From positions 181,097,727 through 181,161,726 of the forward strand of contig NC_068982.1 in NCBI RefSeq assembly GCF_001194135.2: a stretch of 64,000 nt of DNA, read 5' to 3'. The notes under the pieces are model-generated. The model searched no databases and was not told the DNA's origin. It saw only the letters and a list, made by a program, of their open reading frames with translations. Positions within the stretch are counted from its first letter, which is position 1. Each line of letters opens with the position of its first letter. The position numbers and the translations under genes were made by a program. Below, in pieces: positions 54,151 to 64,000 of this stretch. The stretch is from Octopus bimaculoides (lineage: Eukaryota).

Positions 54151-55763
54151 TAAACGTGCTTTTAGATGAACAATGTTAATTTTTAGTATTATATAGGAAG
54201 GACATACTATACACATGTGGGCAATTTTAGTGCGTCGTCTTAATGGTTGACAAGATTGTATTTAGATTTGTTTATATCGAAGGATTTCGCTATTTGCAAA
54301 TTACAAACATCTATCGCTACTGCATTTGTACAGTTGTGCTTTGCATATATTGGAACACATTTATNNNNNNNNNNNNNNNNNNNNNNNNNNNNNNNNNNNN
54401 NNNNNNNNNNNNNNNNNNNNNNNNNNNNNNNNNNNNNNNNNNNNNNNNNNNNNNNNNNNNNNNNNNNNNNNNNNNNNNNNNNNNNNNNNNNNNNNNNNNN
54501 NNNNNNNNNNNNNNNNNNNNNNNNNNNNNNNNNNNNNNNNNNNNNNNNNNNNNNNNNNNNNNNNNNNNNNNNNNNNNNNNNNNNNNNNNNNNNNNNNNNN
54601 NNNNNNNNNNNNNNNNNNNNNNNNNNNNNNNNNNNNNNNNNNNNNNNNNNNNNNNNNNNNNNNNNCTTCGTCGGCGTTCGACAGCTGATGACCTTGGTGA
54701 GAGAGAAAAACCTGGCAAATCTTATATCTTCTTTTCCAGTGACATTCTTCACTGATATTGAAAAGGTGAAAACAAGCAATGTTAATTCTCTAAATGAAGT
54801 ATTAACAGTAACTGCACGATAAAGTGTAGTATATTGCCACTTAAGTGTGGCTGACCCCTAGGGGTGGATGTTACTGTTGCTTTTAGCCCCAGGAGGACAT
54901 CTCCTCCAGCTGGCTTATCGACACACGACTGTGTCCTGTTTGCCAAGGGAGTTATCCCTCTCACCACGACCAGCAGCATATATATATATATGCGTGTGTG
55001 TGTGTGTGTGTGTGTAAAAGAATATAAGAATACAAATCACGTTAATGACATTCCTTAGATCTATATGTGCAAATATTTGTATGTAGACGTGTGAACTTGT
55101 TTCGGATGGTATGTACAGTTATTTGGACTTATATTTCCCCAATCTGTGTATTGTGTGGAGAAAGAAAAAAAACTATATTTTGCTTTAATCGAGAAATTCA
55201 AACTGAGGTCTTTTTCAATTTCCTCACACTAGCCCGATTTCAGCCAGAGTGTATTTTAGGTGGAGTTTTTAGTAGTTTTTGAAAATATCAGCACTTCAAG
55301 CATGCTGGAGAAAGGTCGTTTCATCCTGATCTCCTTTGATATACGTATATGCATTTTGGAGCAATATCGAGAATAACCAGCCGAAATTGCAAAGATAATC
55401 TGGATCTCGACTGAGGAAAGAAAACTCCGAATGACCTGTACTTGTTTTCTTTGTATCGTCTATCTGGATGTTTTGCTGTCCCTTTCTTGTATCACCTAAC
55501 TGTTTGGATGTTTTGCGTCCTTGTCCCATTTTATAGTATTGATATATATACCAATAATAAATCTCTGAACGAGGTATAAACAGATACTTCACCGCAACGT
55601 GAAGTATATTTGCCACTTAAATGCGGCTAACCACTAGGGGTGAATGCCACTGTAGCTTGTCGCCACAGGAGAACATCTCCAGCTCACTATTGATACACTT
55701 TCTGTGCGCTGCCGGTATTTGCAATGGGAAGTCCTCCTTCCCATCGTCGATCTGACGTGAAAT

Positions 55764-55806
55764 GCACGGACCCGGGTTTCTGGGTATTTACCCTCCGTCG
55801 GCGTCC
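55764..55806 (-). ncRNA. Minimal type I hammerhead ribozyme motif, variant copy
   Basis: ggacg CCGACGG a gggt-aaat-accc a GAAA with the perfect palindrome ACCCGGGT as stem III, then GUC and cgtgc; two core substitutions. Confidence 0.5.
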
Positions 55807-56231
55807 GACAATCACCGATCTTCGACACGAAGGGGTCCAAATGCAAATACATATATCCTTTTTCCAGTGATGAAAATTCACTGATCTCGAATAAGTATAA
55901 ACAAGTAATAATAAATCTCTAAACGAGGTATAAACAGTAGCTACACGACGACGGGAAGTATATTTGCCACTTAAATGCGGTTAACCACTAAGGGTGAATG
56001 CTACTGTAGCTTGTAGCCCCAGGAGAACATCTCCTTCAGCTGGATATTAACACACTTTCTGTGCTCTGCCGGTATTTGCAAAGGGAAGTCATCCTTCCCA
56101 TCCTCGATCTACCTCGTTCAGAGATTTATTATTGCTTGTTTACACTTTTTCGAGATCAGTGAATTTCCGTCAATGGAAAAAGGATATATGTATTTGCATT
56201 GGGACCCCTTCGCATCGAAGATCGGTGATTG

Positions 56232-56278
56232 GCGTACGCTGACGAAGTGTAAATACTCGGAAACCCAGGTCCGTGCGT
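56232..56278 (+). ncRNA. Minimal type I hammerhead ribozyme motif
   Basis: Stem I GCGUACG/CGUGCGU (7 bp), core CUGACGA, stem II around a loop, GAAA, short stem III ACC(CA)GGU, GUC triplet with predicted cleavage after 56271. The stem II closing pair is non-canonical. Confidence 0.65.
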
Positions 56279-56412
56279 ATCCACCAGATCGACCGGCAGG
56301 GCACAGAAAGTGTGTCAATCGCTAGCTGCAGGAGATGTTCACTTGGGGCTACAAATTATAGTAGCATTCAGCCTTAGTGGTTAACCGCATTTAAGTGACA
56401 AATATACTTCAC

Positions 56413-56447
<35 letters not shown>

Positions 56448-56599
56448 TTGTGTATACATGTATGTGGGTGTGTACGCGCGCATGCGTTTGTGTGCTTGTG
56501 TGTTTGTATGAGCTGTGAAATCTTGCATGCATTAATTTCAACTCTCCATATTAATAACTGCATTGATCGTTTTCATCACATGTAATTGGCTATTAGCGT

Positions 56600-56940
56600 A
56601 TCCCCTCAAAAAGTTGAGAATATTCAACACAATGAACTTACTATGACAAAGTCTCTGCTTCGTGGGATTAATGCCTACTGGTACCTGATCAGAATCTCAC
56701 AAGGCTGATCACCTCACAAGAAAGTAGGACATATCCACTTGGTTACCTTGAATGGTTCCTAAGCTATTTGAATGCTGTGTTCATCACTTCGAACCAGAGA
56801 AAAAGACTCAATTCATGGAATGGAAACATCGCTCGCCACTTGTTCCACAAGAGACCAAGGTCATTTAATCTGCAGGAAAAGTAAGGGCCTCATTTATTTA
56901 GGATGCAAAAGGTCAATTAACTAATAAAACTGACGAGAAG
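56600..56940 (+). mobile_element. Mariner transposase middle-region relic
   Basis: KVSAS...LLVPDQ..TRLITSQE, EPEKKTQFMEWKH...KVI*SAGKVRASFI*DAKG. Confidence 0.8.
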
Positions 56941-57799
56941 CGTATCATTTCTTTATTGGCGTTAGGAACCGGCTCTTTCTCTATTGACGATACATCTTGA
57001 AATGTAACTGGATAATAACATTTTGCGTCACAAAAGATATTTGATAACATGCGTTTTATATTCCGAACGTAATGTAAGAAATAGGTCGCCAAATTAAATT
57101 ATTTTTGTAAAATCTTACAAACAAAATATTCTTGTCTTCGGTCAACAATATTCTACTAATAATTAACGATACGACATCTAGAAATAATCTAAAATATATT
57201 AAGGTATTGTATGAACATATTCTCATTGACTATTAATGTATATCTTCCGGTATCATTCGCTTCATTTCAACCGATAAATTATAAAATTTATAATCTGTGG
57301 ATAACATTTCGGTCATACCCAATGCAGTATATCAATAAGATATTTGTGTAACTTTTCACTATTAATTAACATTAGTTCCTCCCTCTTAGCTTCCGTAATT
57401 GAAACCAATTGAAGAGGAAAACGACCCAAATTCATAATTTTTAGGAAGAGTATACGGTTACGTTTGATAATAAATTGCATCCATATAATTATATATTAAA
57501 CATACTGCCTCCTAATAATGGGACTTAATTAGCAATCATTTATGATTCCACGTATACTCAGTGTGATTAATAGGATGTACACTGGAAGCCGATTTGTAAC
57601 TCAGTTTTCTTATTTGATGCTTATTTCCAACGGAGCCTCTAATTTCACAGTGCCGCCTGACACTATATTTTAAGCGGTCGTTTATATTATTTTTCATTTC
57701 GTTATTAATGTCTCACTTATTAATCAAGGCAAACATAAAAAAAAAATCAAAAACAAATTCTGAAAATTTGTTCGGTATTCCCATGTATATTTATATATA

Positions 57800-58506
57800 A
57801 ATGTGTGTGTATGTATGAATATATATATATATATATATATGTACATATACGTACATATGCACACACACACACACACACACACACNNNNNNNNNNNNNNNN
57901 NNNNNNNNNNNNNNNNNNNNNNNNNNNNNNNNNNNNNNNNNNNNNNNNNNNNNNNNNNNNNNNNNNNNNNNNNNNNNNNNNNNNNNNNNNNNNNNNNNNN
58001 NNNNNNNNNNNNNNNNNNNNNNNNNNNNNNNNNNNNNNNNNNNNNNNNNNNNNNNNNNNNNNNNNNNNNNNNNNNNNNNNNNNNNNNNNNNNNNNNNNNN
58101 NNNNNNNNNNNNNNNNNNNNNNNNNNNNNNNNNNNNNNNNNNNNNNNNNNNNNNNNNNNNNNNNNNNNNNNNNNNNNNNNNNNNNNNNNNNNNNNNNNNN
58201 NNNNNNNNNNNNNNNNNNNNNNNNNNNNNNNNNNNNNNNNNNNNNNNNNNNNNNNNNNNNNNNNNNNNNNNNNNNNNNNNNNNNNNNNNNNNNNNNNNNN
58301 NNNNNNNNNNNNNNNNNNNNNNNNNNNNNNNNNNNNNNNNNNNNNNNNNNNNNNNNNNNNNNNNNNNNNNNNNNNNNNNNNNNNNNNNNNNNNNNNNNNN
58401 NNNNNNNNNNNNNNNNNNNNNNNNNNNNNNNNNNNNNNNNNNNNNNNNNNNNNNNNNNNNNNNNNNNNNNNNNNNNNNNNNNNNNNNNNNNNNNNNNNNN
58501 NNNNNN

Positions 58507-58578
<72 letters not shown>

Positions 58579-58580
58579 TA
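57800..58580. repeat. (TA)n/(CA)n microsatellites flanking N gap 57885-58506
   Basis: Directly visible. Confidence 0.9.
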
Positions 58581-58819
58581 GAGATATTGGTATCTAGAAG
58601 ACCCAAAGTGTGGCAGGTAACGCTAATCAAGTGCTATGGACAGACCGTAGTTAAACTTTTGGTTCGATAGCGATACGAGTAAGGAGTCTAATGTGGGTGT
58701 TGCTTCAGCATGCATATGTATACTTTAGACAAGATGAGATAAGAAATCCAAGGCTATAGGTAGATTTCAGGACATTTATAATGGAAAAGATATAGATACA
58801 GTCTTACACTTGTTACTGT

Positions 58820-58925
58820 GTGCAAGAGCGTGTTCGCCTGCGCGTATGTGCGTGTGCGTGCATGCGTATATGTATGCGCACGCATATGCGTGTATCAATA
58901 CATTTAAGGATGCGCGTTCGCATGC

Positions 58926-59014
<89 letters not shown>

Positions 59015-59110
59015 TATGCATATGTATATATTTGTGTATATATGTGTGTATGTATATGTATGTATGCATATGTGCACATTTATATGTACGTCTGTGCGCG
59101 CGTACGTATG
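58820..59110. repeat. Alternating purine-pyrimidine tract with long (TA)n core
   Basis: Directly visible. Confidence 0.9.
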
Positions 59111-59979
59111 CCATTATACCTTCTTTCCTTACCTGATTCCTAGCTATTACAGTAACCTATACAATCACATATAACTTGACATCCTTCTACTCGTCCCTCC
59201 ACTTCAAATTTTACTACTAAAACTACTACTCACATTGATATCACCCCACCCATACCTTTTCTCCACCCATCCATTAATGCAGGTTTATCATATCACCTCT
59301 ACTCTCATATCTCACATATCTCACATTTATTCACTCCTCGCCTTCTCATGTCTTCTTATCCCTCCCCCACTCCTCTCACATTACCTTGACCACCAACTAA
59401 CACTCGTTTTCTCACTTCTTTCACCCTTCACTTCTTCATTCTTTTCACTTTTTCCCTTCTTTTCTTTCACTTTTTTTCTTTTTTCTCTCCTTCTTTCTTT
59501 CATTTCCTTTAATTGTTTTCATTTTGACCTATCTCCTCATTCTAATCATAAACATTCCTCACCCCATCTATCCACAAATATTACCAATACATTCTCAAAT
59601 TTTAATTCCACTACAAGACACTTTCGAATAAGCAACACAGATTCCACGGCTTCATAATTTGAAATGACTAAATATGAACTACTATTGGAACTTACATACC
59701 ATGTTCAGGAAACATTTTTTTTTACTACTTCTATACACCACATTCTTTGAATAATGTAACTCCAATTACGATATCTTTATATATTCTATATTTTATTTCT
59801 ACATTCATTTTCTTCTTTACTTATCTCCTCCACTTCCATAATATTTTCTTATTTCGAACTCAAATATTTACCACTACTTAACCTCTACTTATCCTAGTAA
59901 TAGCTGTAAGGCTACACATGTATCTTTTTCCTTATAAATGTCATGAGAACTACGCACAGCCTTGGCTTTGTTATCTCAT

Positions 59980-59982
59980 TGT

Positions 59983-60035
<53 letters not shown>

Positions 60036-60101
60036 TATATATGTATATATATACATATATGTATATATATATATCCATATGTATATATATATAATTGTAT
60101 G

Positions 60102-60146
<45 letters not shown>

Positions 60147-60240
60147 TTATGCATATATATTTACATATATGAGTGTATATATACATGTGTATACGTATCT
60201 ATATTTCTGTGCGTGTATAAATGTATCTATATATATCTAA
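59980..60240. repeat. Imperfect (TA)n/(TATG)n tract
   Basis: Directly visible. Confidence 0.9.
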
Positions 60241-61277
60241 TTGTCTAAGCACTCCATCTATCAATCTATCAATCTATCTATCTGCACAAATGTTGATTTA
60301 CAGTGAATAAAGTGTAGATGATTTTGTGTATGCTATTTATTACACTGATAGTTATATGCGCTATCATTCATTGGACTCGTACATCAGTAGTAGTAAGCTA
60401 ATTGTTCAGAACGCAACATTATACCCTAGGCACTCGTCTAAGTCCTTTTCTTGCGATGATAATTTATAGCCCCTTTTAGTTGATGCATACTAATTCTCTC
60501 AGTTGATGTGCTGTAATATCCTGATGAAGATTTAGTTGCCTGTTGTTTTCCGTCTTACACTGATCTTCAGATTATTTTCATACAATTTTAAAGTGAAGGT
60601 CAGTACATTCCTCCACCGTAACCAGAATACTGTTTTTTGTTTGATTTTGGTTACTTGTGCATGGTGTAGTGTTTCACACTTGCCGCTGAAGCTAATTATA
60701 GTTATCATCTAACACATCCAATGAAACTAGTCAGTGTCCCGTACAACGCCAAACTGGCTGGATATGCCCTGCTTGAAGCGGGCTATAGCTGTACTGTGAG
60801 ACATAATAACACCACCACAATTGAAATCAGCCAATGGAGCCTAGCCCCATTTCAAGTGGCTATGTGCATGTAAGTAATCAAGAGTTTCTTCCCGGGGAGT
60901 TGATAATATTACAGCCTCTGTTGGGTTCATGCTGTGGAAGCGCTAGCGCGGAAGAGGGTGATTTACACGTCTCTAATTTTGTCCAAAAAGCCCAAAGGCC
61001 AATATGCTTTGAATCTAGTGTTAGCACAGTGGTTGCTTAAACAAAGTTGAAAACAACGGTGACTGTCTTTTGTCAGCAACGTTTAGTCAAGAATGGATTC
61101 TCATGACTATCATACAGCAAATCATTAATGATAATCTACCACTTCTCAAAAGAATTGTCTTTTCAAGTTGACGAGTTTTATATAGGGAAAGGGTTTATGG
61201 GACAGGAATCCATGTTTGCGCCTCATGTAATTGCATACAGGGATACATACACATACCCACATCATTCCATACGCATC

Positions 61278-61280
<3 letters not shown>

Positions 61281-61350
<70 letters not shown>

Positions 61351-61440
61351 TACCTATACACACACACATACACATATACACACACATACACATACACACG
61401 CAGAAGCGCACATGCACACACTCTCTCACACACAAACACA
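61281..61440. repeat. (CT)n-(CA)n microsatellite
   Basis: Directly visible. Confidence 0.9.
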
Positions 61441-62114
61441 CGCGAGTACGCGCATATGAATGTATTCAAAAACATATTTAGATTCCCAGGCTGATATGAA
61501 ATTTTCTTCTTTGATTTTGATTCTCTTTGCTATAGGCTAATTTCTACTTAAGTACTAGAATTAAATATATTGCTTCTGTAATTGAATAAGCAATATACTG
61601 TTCCTTTATATGAATGTTATATACGTCATATTGTATTTAATTGCTTTATATTTTTAAGGAGAGAAGTGTATGTTAAATTATATATACTCTGTGTGATACA
61701 GAAAATATTGGCTACTTAATTTTACATGGTCATTTTGAGATTATCCGTCATTAGTTGGACGCATAAATATCATTTATATAGGAAATTGATTTATTATTAT
61801 AGGATGTGGATGATTCATACCTGATAGATATTTTCCTATTTACAGATCAAATTTATCCTTCATTCATCACCGAGAGAAAAACAAATAAATAAATGTGCCG
61901 TGTCAGTTCAGGGAACTTATATTAATAGAGTGTCCAATGTCGGGGGAACTAACGAAAATGTAATCCTCATTTAGACATTTATGAAAGAATGAACAGGAAT
62001 TCACCAGCATTGCCTTTTTCTTGATACTTATGGATATGACTTCGAAATGCAAACTAATATATCATTCAAGGAAATGTAGCAGCTCTTAATTACTCCCAAT
62101 AAATATACCTGTAG

Positions 62115-62115
<1 letters not shown>

Positions 62116-62191
<76 letters not shown>

Positions 62192-62691
62192 NNNNNNNNN
62201 NNNNNNNNNNNNNNNNNNNNNNNNNNNNNNNNNNNNNNNNNNNNNNNNNNNNNNNNNNNNNNNNNNNNNNNNNNNNNNNNNNNNNNNNNNNNNNNNNNNN
62301 NNNNNNNNNNNNNNNNNNNNNNNNNNNNNNNNNNNNNNNNNNNNNNNNNNNNNNNNNNNNNNNNNNNNNNNNNNNNNNNNNNNNNNNNNNNNNNNNNNNN
62401 NNNNNNNNNNNNNNNNNNNNNNNNNNNNNNNNNNNNNNNNNNNNNNNNNNNNNNNNNNNNNNNNNNNNNNNNNNNNNNNNNNNNNNNNNNNNNNNNNNNN
62501 NNNNNNNNNNNNNNNNNNNNNNNNNNNNNNNNNNNNNNNNNNNNNNNNNNNNNNNNNNNNNNNNNNNNNNNNNNNNNNNNNNNNNNNNNNNNNNNNNNNN
62601 NNNNNNNNNNNNNNNNNNNNNNNNNNNNNNNNNNNNNNNNNNNNNNNNNNNNNNNNNNNNNNNNNNNNNNNNNNNNNNNNNNNNNNNNNNN

Positions 62692-62730
<39 letters not shown>
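62116..62730. repeat. (TCTA)n-(TC)n and (CA)n flanking N gap 62192-62691
   Basis: Directly visible. Confidence 0.9.
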
Positions 62731-62733
<3 letters not shown>

Positions 62734-62859
62734 CGCACTTGTACAACTCCTCTTGTTGGTGTTCAGCATGAATTATTTCCCCTTCAGCCATCCACTTTTT
62801 ATCCAATCATTCACCATGTTGGACCCTGGAACTCAACAGCTTTTTCTTTTTAATCACAT

Positions 62860-64000
62860 CTGTATTTATTTTCTTATTCTTTTCTGTTGAAGAGTCTCGA
62901 AAGATTAATAGACTTATCCGTTTTTCTCGCGAGTTAAAATTAAATATACGTGCTTGTTGTTCCTACACTTGTCTTCTATATTTGAACTATATATTATGTT
63001 CACCCGAGTTTGATCCTGATTGAGCTTCCTGCTATCTTAGACTTGCATATTCTTAACCACTTCTAGACCTTTCAACACACCTCCTCAACCAAATACCAGC
63101 ACTCAACTCGGCTTACCACTGGATCTTCGTAATCGTATGGACTGTATCTTCACGGATCTTTCTTGCTATTTTCGTTCATGTAAATCGCTCTAAACAATCA
63201 CGACTCCTAAACTTTCTGGACATTCTGAACTTTTAAACTCAGTATTCTATTCTCTCTCGTTTTAAACTTTTTTCTTCCCTTTTCTTCAATTATTTTTCTC
63301 ATTTTCCTTTTTTCCCCTTTTTCCAGCATGCTTAATTATAAATCATTCTTTCTCCATCTTCACCAATGCCTAAAAAACAAAAACGTCTTTCCACGCTTTC
63401 TTTTCGCTGCTTTCAACCTTGTAATTATTTCTTTCCCTACTGATTTTCAAAACAGCACGCTTTTGTAGTCACGTTTCGTTTCACAGTCGCTGCCTTCATC
63501 CCCAACTCATCTCCAAAGGTTTCCATCTCCATTTCCATCCTACATTTCGTTCTGCCTCTTCTATCCAAACCATACTCCACACCACTTCCTGATTATTGCC
63601 ACCATCCGTTCCAATCTCTCTTATGATTGCCACCATTCGTTCCAATCTCTCCAAAATACACACACTCGACTGCCTTCTCCATCTCGCTTATTCCACATTT
63701 TTCTTACTGCTGCTCACCATCCGTTCCACATGCAACGTTACGCTTCATCTTTTAAGGAAAGTATTTTCTTCACGATTTTCTCGCCAGAACTAAACAACAA
63801 AAGGTTTACTCACTCTTTCTTCCTGTATCTTTTTGTTGCAAGGGTTTAGGTCGAGATGTCCAATTTCGAGACGTACTACTCACTCCTGCACTCAATGATG
63901 CACCGGACACAATAGTTTCCTCTCACATTGTCCGAGACCCTCCTAACATATCATATTGCAGGTTTTCGTCTTCTATCTAAAGCAGAAACAAGTTATCTAA
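62860..64000 (+). mobile_element. Probable decayed Penelope-like element (LTR-like segment plus RT remnants)
   Basis: Degenerate hammerhead-like CTGTTGA-agagtctc-GAAA at 62884-62902, then weak RT-like fragments (RNRMDCIF, LNFLDIL) in C/T-rich sequence. Confidence 0.4.

Larger units (their letters stand above)
54666..56411. repeat. 354-bp structured repeat: diverged partial copy, tandem copies and one inverted copy
   Basis: aataataaatctct at 55553 and 55907; gtatatttgccacttaa at 55604 and 55958 (period 354); inverted copy at 56112-56411; diverged copy at 54666-54965. Confidence 0.92.

Noticed and set aside
55605-55690. Twister- or HDV-like appearance of hairpins within the 354-bp unit
   Set aside because: Several local hairpins exist, but the required pseudoknots and conserved residues could not be assigned.

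Overview
AT-rich, microsatellite-dense eukaryotic scaffold with 11 N-gaps. The repeat complement suggests an octopod cephalopod, probably Octopus (inference). Repeats found: tRNA-derived SINEs, R4/Dong-, RTE-, Tx1-, CR1- and Penelope-like retroelements, and mariner relics. Almost all ORFs in the supplied track are artefacts of simple repeats, gaps or decayed transposons. Reading splice signals by eye gives one phase-consistent candidate gene on the minus strand (about 37315 to 1216). It has very small exons (12-83 nt), long introns and a signal-peptide-like N-terminus; I recognise no homolog. The most striking non-coding signal is a 354-bp structured repeat at 54666-56411, in tandem and inverted copies. 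It carries a minimal type I hammerhead-ribozyme motif with a palindromic stem III, resembling a retrozyme or Penelope pLTR. Also present: a probable decayed GPCR, a foldback mariner element and a 108-nt near-perfect hairpin. All calls were made by eye without database searches.
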